63,612 bases of DNA, filler included, from Octopus bimaculoides (GCF_001194135.2; 6 parts of 5 records of this genome joined end to end with filler, not necessarily neighbours in it), one strand, 5' to 3'. Numbered from the whole stretch's first letter, positions 12,470 through 25,681 are shown. The notes: generated from the sequence alone by a model not told the origin. Made by a program: numbers and translations.

Positions 12470-12637
12470 ATACGATGTCACGTAGCCACCAATACGACTC
12501 AATATATATATATAGATATATCCTGCCACAAGATTGCTTCTTCACAAACCAAGTTGTCCTTAATTCGCTTTGGGTTATTTTCTTTCTTAATTTACAAATC
12601 GCCTTCATATGTAAATCACAAAATAACGACGGTAAGT
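12470..12637 (+). promoter_or_regulatory. Second candidate promoter and non-coding first exon
   Basis: gtcacgtag 12477-85 next to ccaat 12489-93; consensus donor G|gtaagt at 12632. Confidence 0.3.
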
Positions 12638-12815
12638 TTAACTTTTTTGCTTCTCCGTTTTTTCTTTTTATATATTTTTTCATGTACAGTTCATTTGCAT
12701 TATCGGCACCTCTATAAATAGTATGTGCAACAGTTGTAAATATGCATGCATATGCAATGATTTTTCTCTCAGTATCCTCGTCTCTACTTAGTTTTCGATG
12801 CCACTTACATTAAAT

Positions 12816-12960
12816 ATATCATAAGCAAACTGTGGCCCGTAGAACTTCCTGAATGGTACTCCTAACGAAAAATTGCCTTGAATAGTCTAATAGTGCGGCC
12901 CGCTTGATGACGAATCATGTCTCATGCAACCCGCATCCTGGAAAATGTTGCCCATGCCAC
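12816..12960. mobile_element. hAT-type MITE
   Basis: gcaaactgtggcccg...gcggcccgc...gttgcccatgccac; 8-bp TSD cattaaat at 12808 and 12961. Confidence 0.6.
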
Positions 12961-12973
12961 CATTAAATATATC

Positions 12974-13183
12974 CTTTCTACTATAGGCACAAGGCCTGAA
13001 ATTGTGAGGAGGGGGCTAGTCGATTACATCGACCCCAAGGGTTTCACTGATACTTAATTTATCGACCACCAAAGGGTGAAAGGCAAAGTCCACCTTGGCG
13101 GAATTTGAACTCAGAGTGTAGCGGCAGACGAAATACAGCTAAGCATTTCGCCCGGCGTGCTAACAATTCTGCTAGCTCGCTAG
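12974..13183 (-). mobile_element. SINE family A with 13-bp TSD
   Basis: cattaaatatatc at 12961-73 and 13184-96. Confidence 0.9.
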
Positions 13184-15179
13184 CATTAAATATATCAACA
13201 GCAATTTAAGTATTGTTTATTGCAGGTAGGAGAAAATATGTCCTCTTCTCTAAAGGAGCCAATTGTTCTACATCAACAAATATACAATCTTGTAAAATAA
13301 TTAATATATAATTCGTTTCTTCCTCGGCAAAGGACGAATATGCGTTTCTGACGAGAACAGAATAATACTAATGCATGTACCGAGTTGTCTCCTGTACTAA
13401 CCAGAGACGTGAGAACAATATTAGTTACAGATTAATATAATTTAAAAGCATTTTTTTTGTCGCACAACATATATATTCTTATTCACCTATGTAATACTGC
13501 ATTAAATATCTCTCGTTTTTCATTCGGATGGAGGCTCTGAATTATTTGATATATTTAGTATTTCACAAATACCCCAGAAATTAATTATGTATGGGTGATA
13601 TCAATGAGTTTGTGTGAGGTTCATATTTGTTTCAAGGATAATACAATATCATTAAATTATATCGGTGTTTATTTGGCGTGTGATCTACAACTTAAAGGGC
13701 GATTACTTTAGGTTACTTTTTAGTTTACTTTTCAATTTCTAAAAGCCCTTAAGATGTTGGCTAAAGATTTTTGACAATAAATTCTTTTGTACATAATTAG
13801 CATTGTAAAAGTATTTCTTCAAAATTCTTGTTATTTTAATAATAATAAAACCATGTTTCATTTACGTCTTAGTAAATAATAATAATAAGAAGTCAAGAAT
13901 AAACAATATAATAATTAAAATNNNNNNNNNNNNNNNNNNNNNNNNNNNNNNNNNNNNNNNNNNNNNNNNNNNNNNNNNNNNNNNNNNNNNNNNNNNNNNN
14001 NNNNNNNNNNNNNNNNNNNNNNNNNNNNNNNNNNNNNNNNNNNNNNNNNNNNNNNNNNNNNNNNNNNNNNNNNNNNNNNNNNNNNNNNNNNNNNNNNNNN
14101 NNNNNNNNNNNNNNNNNNNNNNNNNNNNNNNNNNNNNNNNNNNNNNNNNNNNNNNNNNNNNNNNNNNNNNNNNNNNNNNNNNNNNNNNNNNNNNNNNNNN
14201 NNNNNNNNNNNNNNNNNNNNNNNNNNNNNNNNNNNNNNNNNNNNNNNNNNNNNNNNNNNNNNNNNNNNNNNNNNNNNNNNNNNNNNNNNNNNNNNNNNNN
14301 NNNNNNNNNNNNNNNNNNNNNNNNNNNNNNNNNNNNNNNNNNNNNNNNNNNNNNNNNNNNNNNNNNNNNNNNNNNNNNNNNNNNNNNNNNNNNNNNNNNN
14401 NNNNAAAGAAACTCTCACCCAAAAGTCCCACGCAGTGGGACTGATCCTGGAACCATGTAGTAAGGAAGGAATCTTCTGACCAAACAACCACACGGAACCT
14501 TCGTTGGTTCGGTCAAGGTTGACTATTTATCTGCTTCTGTATGCGCAGGCCAGGGCAAGGCTGTTTCGTATGTGGAAGACTGACAGTACCTCATGCATAA
14601 AAGTCTCCATTCTCCACGCTACTGATGTCCAGGGGAAACATCTTCGCCTTAAGGCCGACACAGTTTGACATCAGTGTCGTTGCAGGCGTTGGTCCAGAAG
14701 AGGGATTGCAAGAGACCCCTTCTGACGCTCTAGCACTCCCGCCTTCTTACTGTCCTAGACTGGTGGTTGTTTATCAATCTCCGAAAGAATGAAGGGTAAA
14801 GTTGACTTCGGCGAGATGTGAACTCAGAATCTAGACGATCGGAACAAATACTGCAAAATATTGTATCTAAGTCGCTGCTTTATTACCCAAATTTGACCGT
14901 TCGCTTTGCTCCGTAAAAAACATTGGAAAGAAAGATATTAACCTGATGGAGAAATAACAGAATGGACTAAACAGAACAGGTGGAGACACGTGAGATGGAG
15001 AGTCGCTGGAGAGGTCACAGGGTGTGTGACGAAAGATTTCCAGACAAAGGACCTAAAGATTTTAGTTTTGTGATGGTGCAGCATCGTGTATTTCTTTAAT
15101 ATTTGTGTAGTGATAATGTTTTTGAGACATCTGTGCTGTTACTTATTACGTGTCTCTTTTGTAAGATATTTTTGTTCTG

Positions 15180-15425
15180 TCTCACAATCGTAAGGTTGTG
15201 AGTTCGATTCCCAGCGGCGCGTTGTGTTCTTGAACAAGGCACTCTATTTCCCGCTGATCCAGTCCACTCAGTCGGCAAAAATGAATACCTGTAATTCAAA
15301 TGGCCAGCCTTGTCACATTGTGTCATGCTGAATCTCCTCGAGGATGACTTTAATGGTACGCTTGTCTCTGGAGTGCTCAGCTATTTGCACATTGATCTCA
15401 CGAACAGGTTATTCTGCTGTTCGGA
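15180..15425 (+). mobile_element. SINE family C
   Basis: ggttgtgagttcgattccc...gcgttgtgttcttgaacaagg...cagccttgtcacattgtgtcatgctgaatc. Confidence 0.85.
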
Positions 15426-16632
15426 ATAAATTTAGAACATAGTTTCTTTTCATAGTAAAGTCAATGACTTGTAGTTTGCGGTAAAAATCGATGCTAAAGT
15501 TAAAATCTCAGGGTTGATAATGTATAGGCAATACATGATTGTTAGGAGTAGGATGGAGGAATTATGGGATATTAGAACATTGCATAGCGAATTTTGAAAG
15601 AATGCAGGGATATGAATGCGTATAAAGGTGGAGGAGATGTATGATGTGATGGATTTATTGATGTGTTTATGTGTGAAAGTGGAAGTTTTTCACAAGTTTT
15701 CACAAGCGAAATGGAGATAGAAAAGCGGTAAAATAAAACGCTTGCCAGCAATAATCAAAACTGGATTAGAAATCCAACTTACTTACATTTTTTGGATATA
15801 TTAACAATTCTAGCTGTGTCAGAATAACTTATCATATTCGTTGTGTAAAATTTGAAAACATAAAAGATTCGACGATGGTTAGGATCGGCAGCAATTAATC
15901 AAAAAGCGAGTTCATAATTGAAGCTGATATGTTCAATTTTCAACAAGAATTGAAAGCAATTTACGTTTTTGAATGTTCTTGGTCTAAGGCCTTCATCTGA
16001 GACTGAGAAGAAGACAAAAAAAGTATTACTGCTATATTGATTTTTGGCATACTCACATATAGAGATTTAAGACAAAATGCTTTGTGGTATTACAGACGGT
16101 TCTCAGTATTTTGAGTTTAAATCGACTTCACCATTCATTTATTTTGGTGGGGTGAAGGGAGTTCAATCTAGAGCCGTGAATTAGCAGAACTGTTAGGACA
16201 TTGGGCAAGATGTGATGCCTTGTAGTGTTTGTTGTAGCTCTTTGGGTTCCGAGTTCTTGAGAGGCAGCCTTAATCCTTCGTTCAATGCAACATCAAGACC
16301 TGGCTGTTTGGTTCCTTTTCATAAATATTTAACTATTCTTACAATACAAGTCTGTATCTTAATATATATGGAATGGCTGTTATGTCAGTACATTTATTAA
16401 ATATTTTCCGATTGCTTCTTTTAAAATGACATTATTTTTTCCGGCACTGATATACAAGTATTTAACTAACTTAGTTAATTAATAATTCGGTGTTATCTTT
16501 TTGATCAGAATTAGACATTAGAAAATTAATACAGCTGTAATTTGAAATAATTAAAATTTCAGTAGTAGACGACGTAAACGTTGAACAGCGTTGACTTACG
16601 ATAACAATGGAAACAACTTTTGCAATTAAAAC

Positions 16633-17345
16633 AGCATTCTGCATATCTTACTTAACGTGTGGTGTGCTGTAAGAAAGTCACAACACTACGATATTTGTCT
16701 TGAAAAAGCATCTCATATAGACGTATAGTACTAAAAAGCATAGAAGTATCAGTAGCAGACGAAAAGTGTGCAACAGCAGCAGAGGAATTGCTACATCTGA
16801 GATTTCTTCGTAATTGCACGTCATCTGTAGCAGCAGTTCCTCTATCACTACTGGACGCTTTTCGTCCGCTACTAATATTCTGCACTTTTATTAGCAATAT
16901 GCGTGTATACGAGATGCTTTCTAAAGACGAATACCGCAGTGTTGTGGCTTTCTATAAGTATATCCACGTTAAGTAAGATATACAAAATGCTATCCTAAAC
17001 TAATACTGCTTCCGTTATTAATAACGAATTTTTATCCAGCCTGCCATCTATTTCAAACATCAGTGGTTCGTTAATCACCGTTTTTCTACGTCAGTAGAGA
17101 TGAAATTTATCTAAGCATGTAGTTGATAGTGGATATTTGCTAACGATGACGCGCAAATACGTAGAAATCCCTGATCTATTGATTCCACCGCTGCAGCTCG
17201 ACGCTTTACGTCTGTTACTGATATTTTCATATTTTTCAGTACTATGCCTCTATACGATATGATTTCTCAAGACGAATACACCAACGTTAAGTAAAATATA
17301 CAGAATGCTATTTTGAAATAGTACTACTTCCTTCGCTAATAACTT
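16633..17345. repeat. Long diverged inverted repeat (16633-16795 vs 16826-16991) plus a third direct copy (17203-17345); MITE/foldback-like
   Basis: agcattctgcatatcttacttaacgtg versus cacgttaagtaagatatacaaaatgct; 17203 onward repeats the right arm. Confidence 0.8.
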
Positions 17346-17499
17346 TAAATACTTACCAATTCGACGACATTGCCTATTATCTTTATAAAATATACTATAA
17401 AACGATAATTAAGTTGTGACAGTTTTAGTATTCATGGATTCCTTCATGACTCTGAATGTCTTTCAAAATTGTAGAGTATCGTATTTTATACTTCTAAAA

Positions 17500-17750
17500 T
17501 GTGGAGGCGCATGTCTTAATGGTTAGGGTGTCAAAATCATGATAGTAAGATTGTGGTTTCGATTCCTGGATCGGGCGATGCGTTGTTTTCTTGAGCAAAA
17601 CAATTCTTTTCACGTTTCTCCCACCATCTAGCTGACAAAAATGAATAATCCTGCGACGGGCCGGTGTCCCATCCAGGTGGGAATAAATACGTCACGAAAA
17701 CCGGGAAACCGGCCCAATGAGTCTATTTGGCTCGGAAAGAATCTTATACT
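17500..17750 (+). mobile_element. SINE family C
   Basis: tggaggcgcatgtcttaatggttaggg...ggtttcgattcctgg...gcgacgggccggtgtcccatccagg. Confidence 0.85.
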
Positions 17751-18210
17751 TATTAGATTTAGTATAAAACCGTAATTAACTCAATTTAATTAATCTTAGT
17801 AGTCATTTATGACAAATTATCTTGTATTTGTAAAAGTCACTTTGGTTTTTTTGCCCCGAAGGCCAAGAACAGTCAATACGTATAAATTCGACAACATTAC
17901 CGAGAGTTTTGATCCACTACATCAAGTATGCTAGCAATAGTTTACTAACATGTTTTGACACAGGGAGCATCCCTGGGTATTTTTATTAGTCATTGGTCAA
18001 TATTTCTGATGCGTAGATTACTGTTGGCGGACGCCTACGTATGCCTGTATATGTAACTCTTCGGAGTTATCTTCCTTACTTTTTCGACCAGAATTAATCA
18101 TTTAGAAAATCACTAAGACATTGATTTTTAATCACAGCCTCAGCATGTATGTATGTACGTATGTATGTATGTACGTACATCTACGTGCCTACGTATATAT
18201 ATCTATTTAG

Positions 18211-18286
<76 letters not shown>

Positions 18287-18698
18287 AGCACTCCGTCGGT
18301 TACGACGACGAGGGTCCCAGCTGATACGATCAACGGAACNNNNNNNNNNNNNNNNNNNNNNNNNNNNNNNNNNNNNNNNNNNNNNNNNNNNNNNNNNNNN
18401 NNNNNNNNNNNNNNNNNNNNNNNNNNNNNNNNNNNNNNNNNNNNNNNNNNNNNNNNNNNNNNNNNNNNNNNNNNNNNNNNNNNNNNNNNNNNNNNNNNNN
18501 NNNNNNNNNNNNNNNNNNNNNNNNNNNNNNNNNNNNNNNNNNNNNNNNNNNNNNNNNNNNNNNNNNNNNNNNNNNNNNNNNNNNNNNNNNNNNNNNNNNN
18601 NNNNNNNNNNNNNNNNNNNNNNNNNNNNNNNNNNNNNNNNNNNNNNNNNNNNNNNNNNNNNNNNCATGTATAATGTATATACCTACATAAGTATGCAT

Positions 18699-18734
<36 letters not shown>

Positions 18735-19109
18735 ATATATCAGTTTATGTATATACGTGTATGTATATGTGTGTATTTGTATATATGAATATATCTCTGT
18801 GTGTATGTGTGTGTATGCATGCATGCGTGCACGCGCCTGAGTGTGAGCGTGTGTGTACTTATACCTATATATGTGGCAGTTGTATTTTAATCGGTAGTTA
18901 TTTCCTGAGTTAACCAATTCATTTTCGCTACCTTCATGGTCTCACTTACTGACCTAGGAAGTGCAGTACGGTCGCACTTACCTCAGCTACCCCCAACTCA
19001 TCTACGACTACCACGACCAGCAATATAGCAACACCACAACTACGCGACTACTCCCACTACAACCACAACTATCGGAGAATATCTATCTGTATGGCTTAAT
19101 ACATATTCT

Positions 19110-19398
19110 TTTATCCTTTTACTTGGTTCAGTCATTCGATTACGGCCATGCTGGAGCACCGTCTTAAAGGGTTTTTTTAGGATTATTCTTTGTAAGCCTA
19201 GTACTTATTCTATCATTCACTTATTGCCGAACCGCTAAGTTCGATGGGTTTCTTTCAGTTTCCGTCTACCAAATCCACGCACAAGGCTTTGATTGGCCCG
19301 AGGCTATAGTAGAAGACACTTTCCCAAAGTGCCACGCAGTGGGACTGAACCCTGTGATTGGTAAGCAAGCTACTTACCACACAGCCACGTCTACGCCT
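19110..19398 (-). mobile_element. SINE family B
   Basis: Same head and body as 7610-7985. Confidence 0.85.
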
Positions 19399-19415
19399 AT
19401 ATATATATATACATA

Positions 19416-20699
19416 CGGGGTGGTATCACAAAGTTCTCAAGCAAGTTATGTTTAATAAAAATTAATTTGTTTACCTAAGTTTTAACATCATCTCCTTCGA
19501 AATAGTAACCTTGGATAATACATCGGTCCCAGCGTTTCTACCACTTTCGGAATCCGGCCTGGAAGTTGTTTTCCGTAAGCGAGTCGGGGACCTTCTGCGC
19601 TTCCCTCTTGATCTCGACAATGGTTTTAAAACGGTGACCTTTGAGCAGCATTTTCATTTTGGAGAAGAGATGGAAGCCTGCAGGTGCTAAAGCTGGTGAA
19701 CAGAGCGTGTGCGGAAGCGATACCATGTTGTTTTTGGAGAGAACCTCCCGAGTGAGGAGAGCTTGGTGACAGGGTGCACTGTCGTCATGAAGAATCCAAT
19801 TCTTCGCTCGCCACAGATCTGGTCTCTTTCGCCAAATGTCCTTCTTTCAAACGCTTCAAACATCGCAGTAGAACTCACGATTGACGTTTTGGCCCTGGGG
19901 TACGAATTCTCGATGCACAATACCGCGTATGTCGAAAAAAACGATGAGCATGTTCTTGATTGAGCTGCGACTCTGTTGTGCTTTCTTCAGTCGTGGAAAT
20001 GAAGGGCTCTTCCATAGTGACGACTGCTGCTTCGTCTCAGGATTGGCTCGTAGACCAACACCGGTGATGATCCTCGACATGAAGGATGAGTCATCAGCAG
20101 CATACTGACGGAAATCTTGTCCGACTTCGAAGTGATGTCCTTTCTGCACAGTGGTCAGCAGGTGGGGAACAAACTTGGAAGAGACACACCGCATATTCAA
20201 TTCAGACGCTAGGATTGCTTGCACGGACTCATACGACAGACCAACAACATCAGCAATGTCGTTAATTATCCTCCGAAGATCCTCTGTACAAGGTGATGAA
20301 TGTTCTCCACATTTCCGGGGGTGACGCTCGTGGCGGGTCTTCCAAATCGTTCATCGTCTTCCAGGGACTTTCTTAAGCTTTTGAAGCGCCCGTGCCTCTC
20401 GAAACATTGCGTACGACCCATTGCCTCGTCGCTTTAAGCTTGCCGAAGTTGCTCAATGTCTTTGATGTTCTATGTCTCCCAAATTTAACGCAAATTTCAC
20501 GTTGGCTCTTTCTTCCTGTCCATGACAAAATCGCAGACTACAGCTAACACGTGATCACAAAAACACAAATTTCACAACTTGCAAAATAAACACAGCGATG
20601 TTACCTGGCACACTGCCTCATGAAGGTCATTGCTAGCTCTCACTGCACAAGCAAATGTGTTCTGCCATCTGTTGGCGTGCTACAGAGCTAGTCTGGGAA
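19416..20699 (-). mobile_element. Mariner transposon (irritans-like, DD34D), degenerate, near full length
   Basis: TA plus TIR cggggtggtatcacaaagttc at the left end; minus translation ERANVKF, EDDERFGRP, VSSKFVPHLL, FFDIRGIVHREFVPQGQ, SPALAPAGFHLF, RWDRCI; start codon about 20523; outer part of the right TIR lost. Confidence 0.9.
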
Positions 20700-20949
20700 A
20701 TATAAATACATGTAATTGTAAATACATTTACTTGCGCGAGTTCAGTAAACATACATTTAGTGTTGCTGTGTAAATAGACATTGTAGTTAAGCCATAGAAC
20801 TCTGTCTGGATATATATATATATATATATATAAGGTTTTACTCATTTACAAATATATTTGTTGGTCATGTAATTAGAAGTTGCTTTCTCGATTTGTAGAA
20901 CAAAGTAGGCGCTTCTGATGACTAGGCAATAGCCAAGGGAATCTCGTCG

Positions 20950-21400
20950 TCATGTATCGTACGTTTGCAGCGCAATGATGACATTACAACGAAAGTCTTC
21001 TCGATTAAACGCAAGTTCTCCAGTTGCCTTGCCATCCTTATCCAACCAGGTTTTGGTATTGCCAATCCATTGCTTCCTTTGCCTTTATCATTTCTTGTAA
21101 TCTGGCTTCAGTCTTGCCAACTTGAACAGTATCGTCTGCCTACCTTAGATTAGAAATAAGCAAGTCATTTATTTTGACGCCATCTTCTTCCTGTATTGCT
21201 TTTCGCATTATCCACTCAGTACAGATATTGAACAAGCATGAAGAAAGAATACAACCTTGACGGACTCCTTTCCCAGTTTAGAACTTTTCTGGGTTCTCAT
21301 TATTTACTTGAATACAATACTCTTGCTGAATGTAAAGCTGATTGGTGATCTAAATAAGGAAACCTATTGGAACTGTTTTCAGTGTGTTCTGCAGTGAGAA
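20950..21400 (-). mobile_element. RTE (BovB-like) LINE reverse transcriptase fragment
   Basis: TGKGVRQGCILSSCLFNICTEWIMRKA...INDLLISNLR*ADDTV is RT domains 4-5 with the YADD motif mutated. Confidence 0.85.
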
Positions 21401-21689
21401 CCCGATTGGTTGGCTAAAGGCATGTCTATTAAGTGAGGGCATATACAAGTATTCGCTTTTTACCTTGCAAGCACTGTTTCAATATTTAGTAAAACACACA
21501 CACACACACGCACGCACGCACACACGCACGCACACATACATATATATATATGTATACACACACACACACGTATGCATGTACGTATGTATGTATGTATGTA
21601 TGTATGTACGTATGTATGTATGTATGTATGTATGCATGTATATCTGTAAGCATGAGAGTGCAGAGAGAGAATGAAAGACAGGGAATACG

Positions 21690-22170
21690 CGTAAACCCTC
21701 TCTCTCAGGAAACCATGATTGAGACCCTTTTGCGCCAGGCCATTCAAAGTAGGCCTCACACATGGTTCCAGCAAGATGGGGCAACTGCTCATACTGCAAG
21801 AAAAATAATGCATTTGCTACGGCAGTGCTTTGGAGACAGAATCTCCCGCTACGCCAATGTCAACTGGCTTTCATGTTCTCCAGACTTGACTAGCCCAGAT
21901 TTTTTCTTGTGGGGATACATGAAAGAGTGGGTTTACGTCAACAAACCGGAGATCCTGGTGCACCTGAAGAAGAACATCAATAGAGAAATCAGAGAAGCAG
22001 GGTCTGAAACTCTTGAGGGTGGTATGCTGTAAGTTTTGGAAAGAGCACGGGCGTGCGAAACCGAAAATGGCAGTCATGTCAACGATGTCATTTTTCATAT
22101 GGGATGTAGTGGTGTTGCAAAACTTGACTTGTGCATATCAATTTCCATTATGTCCTTTATATTGTATCAA
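21690..22170 (+). mobile_element. Tc1/mariner 3' fragment, rosa (DD41D)-like
   Basis: WFQQDGATAHTA...FGDRISR...NW...SPDLTSPDFFLWGYMKEWVYVNKP; 40 residues between the second and third Asp in this copy. Confidence 0.8.
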
Positions 22171-22274
22171 ATTTNNNNNNNNNNNNNNNNNNNNNNNNNN
22201 NNNNNNNNNNNNNNNNNNTTAATTAATTAANNNNNNNNNNNNNNNNNNNNNNNNNNNNNNNNNNNNNNNNNNNN

Positions 22275-22335
22275 GTTCTTCCTCTTCTTTTGGTTTCACG
22301 ATCGACATCGACGTCATCGGTGTGACAACATTATA
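22275..22335 (-). CDS. Partial exon of an inter-alpha-trypsin inhibitor heavy chain-like (VIT/VWA) gene; runs into an N gap
   Basis: Acceptor cttaattgctttttttttcttgaattattcaccag followed by phase-0 YNVVTPMTSMSIVKPKEEEE, resembling the ITIH motif (LSL)xY(S/G/H)FVTPLTSM(V/S)(V/I)TKP; absent from the ORF track. Confidence 0.6.
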
Positions 22336-22508
22336 CTGGTGAATAATTCAAGAAAAAAAAAGCAATTAAGTTTATATTAACTTGTTGGTAACACATAAAT
22401 AACAGAGTGTTATATTATTTTCGTGAAAATAACTGCTGACCACGCCACCTATATATATCTTTCTTGTGGACAATGTACTTCACAAATTGGTTGGTACATA
22501 CCGCATAT

Positions 22509-22564
<56 letters not shown>

Positions 22565-22800
22565 GTATGCCCAACCTTTTCCAGGCCTTCATTATGGTTA
22601 GGAACTGTTTCCAGGTTCAGATTTATAGACTGCCTATAACAGGCGTAAAAACCAACCCATCTATCTATGTATCTATCTATCTATCTATCTTCCTCCCTAC
22701 GAGATATGGAAAAGTAATAATAATAAAAAGAAGAAAATGCGCGATTTCGTTAATTACAATGTAAAAAGGGAATAAGACATCTTGCTTTATTATAATTCCT

Positions 22801-23006
22801 CGAGCTGATAGAATTGTTAGCATGCCGGGCGAAATGCTTCGCGGCATGTCATCCGTCTTCACGTTCTGAGTTCAATTTCGCCGAGGTCGACTTTGCTTTT
22901 TATCCTTTCGGGGTCGATAAAACAAGCACCAGTTGAGTACTGGGATTGATGCTATCGCCTATCCCCGTCCTCAAATTTCAGGTCTTATGACTATAGTAGA
23001 AAGGAT
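22801..23006 (+). mobile_element. SINE family A
   Basis: gttagcatgccgggcgaaatgc...gaggtcgactttgc...ggggtcgataaaacaagcaccagt. Confidence 0.85.
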
Positions 23007-23050
23007 TATCATTCTTCCGAAAGCAAGCAGCGTTCAAAGAGATTTGGGGA

Positions 23051-23081
<31 letters not shown>

Positions 23082-24955
23082 GTGTGTTATTATTATTATT
23101 AACGTAATGATCCTCATAAGACACAACAAAATATATACATACACATATACACTCATACATGCATACAGTTTGAAGACTCTTCTCTTTTATTCTTGGCAGG
23201 AGTGAGATTAGTATTTTGTCAGAAAAGACAAGCATTCCAGTCAGATTGGAACATTTAAAAGAAATAAAAGCTGTTTGTTTTCACCAGTCAAGTCGTGACT
23301 TTTGTTCGTAACTTGTGTACATTATTTCAGTTTATTTTAGTATCCCTTCTGTAATTTATTGTCTAGTTTTGTAAGAAATTATTTATAGGATAAAAGTGTA
23401 ATTTACTCATGCTTCCTATCAAATTGTTCTATGTTGTGTAATAGTAGTATTTCGTTTGCTCCTTGTTTATGGTGAGAACTGCGTGTTACATTTACTGTCA
23501 TGACGTTTACAACTTCCATGTTTGAAATTAAATGTATAAAACATAACCATAATTTGTACACGGTCTGTGGCTTTACAGGCTTTTGGTTTGTTAATGAAAT
23601 GGAAATTTTATAATTTGAAATCGTTTGTAGCGTATTATTTGTTTATGCATGGATATTGTGAATTTTGTATAATATTTTATGTATGTTTTGATTACGGGAG
23701 TACGTGCTTATGTATTATATAGCCAGCATGCATTTAATTCATGTAATGCATATTATATATTTATCTATAATAGGCATCGTGTCTGATATATTCACTGTAT
23801 TCACTTTGTTTCTATGTGACTTTATCTCTTGTTTGTATACAAGGTTTTAACTGTCGATTTATTTGTGAAGCGCTTCGCTGTTTTTAATATGTTCTATGAT
23901 TTAGTTCGAGGGGAGAAGCAACGTGAATATATTTCATGGTTTTCGAGATTGCTGGAGTTCTTTCAAATCAGAATTCTGATTCGAATGTTTGCACGAAAAT
24001 TAAGTCCGCTAGAGGCATCCATGAGGGGAATGACGGTGTTAAACTTGGAGACAGAGTGAACCTTCCATCTCCAAGACAAGTACCATCCACTTGACGAGCT
24101 TTCACACCGTTCCTCTCCATCAAATTTTACTCACAAGCCTTTGGAAGATTCGAGATTATTGGAGACGACTTTTATCTAAAGTTTCGCAGTTTGGAATAGA
24201 TTTTATATCACGTAGTTTCTAAGCGAATTTCCGAACCAAACAACCGGAAATTGAACGTTGTTCTAAGTAGAGGATTTACTAATGAAATTGTATATTTGTG
24301 CTGATATTCAATATCTCCATACAATAGAACTATTTATTAGTCTCTTAAGTGTAAACGGACGTGATATATCTGTTATTTTTTATCTCAATGTTTATGTATA
24401 GAAACAGAGTTATTGTACCATTAGGAATTTGGTTTAGACTGTTCTGGATATCGAATTTTAGCACACAGTTCTTCCCTACCTTTTTCTTTTATCTCTACAT
24501 TTTCTAGTGAGTCCATTACGATAAACATATAATCAACATACATGGTGTATATCAAGTATTTATGCGTTTGTATTTGTTCTCTACAGTGGCCATTTAGAAC
24601 GCAGCAAACACTCGACCTAATGGGGAACCTATAGCTACACCATCTTAGTGATTATAAACGTCATTGTTAACAAAGTACCGATCCTAATACTTACTGTAAA
24701 ATGGTAGTAACACATGCCAACAGGAATTAGTTTATAAAGATGCTAAGACTGTAAAGCTCTAGATAGGCTGGTGGATCTGAGAAATTTAATATCTCAAACA
24801 TTGTTAAAGAACACATGCAGCAATTCGAATAAGTCATACGTGGTACCATACAGACATGTTTCAATAAAACACACAAACATGTATGTATATATATATATAT
24901 ATATAAATATATATATATCATCATAAATATACAGGGATTAGCATTGAGTTATTCT

Positions 24956-24990
<35 letters not shown>

Positions 24991-25190
24991 GTGTATATAG
25001 ATGTATATATATATGTATATATATATATGTATGTATATATATATATATATGTGTATGTATATATATATATATATATGTATGTATATATATNNNNNNNNNN
25101 NNNNNNNNNNNNNNNNNNNNNNNNNNNNNNNNNNTTAATTAATTAANNNNNNNNNNNNNNNNNNNNNNNNNNNNNNNNNNNNNNNNNNNN

Positions 25191-25275
<85 letters not shown>

Positions 25276-25681
25276 AGTCTGTGTGTATATTTAGATAGAT
25301 AGATAGATAGATAGATAGACTCATGCATATATTTTCCAGTTTCATATTTTTAAAGAAACGGATCGCACATCAAACAACTTGTGACGCCTAGCAGTCTCCA
25401 GTGAATGAGCTCAAATCCTGCTAAGAACTTTTTGTAGGAGATGCATTTTCTTAAAGAGTATTTCCGAAACATAGACAACGTCAGACTTGAAATTATTCAA
25501 AAGGTATTGCTAAGAACTACATTCTCTTTAACATAAGATATCTTTAAAAAACAATTCAGGTTCAGAACTCAATTACTAAAGTTATTATTATAACAGTGGA
25601 TGTATAGAACACCAGGATTAGCGGGCAAAAAGGCTTTGCAGAATTTAGGTGCATGCTTTTAGTCTACGGGTATATGCTACT

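Noticed and set aside
15770-16030. Strong minus-strand acceptor/donor pair
   Set aside because: No frame is open across the full interval; only a 32-38 nt version with a weak donor (SDEGLRPRTFKN) is possible and is unsupported
18990-19110. Perfect minus-strand donor with an upstream acceptor
   Set aside because: All three frames contain stops; the region is a decayed (ACN)n repeat
22219-22230. TTAATTAATTAA flanked by Ns (also about 25135, 36643, 40930, 59568)
   Set aside because: An identical 12-mer with stops in all frames, always embedded in N runs: a scaffolding spacer, not biology
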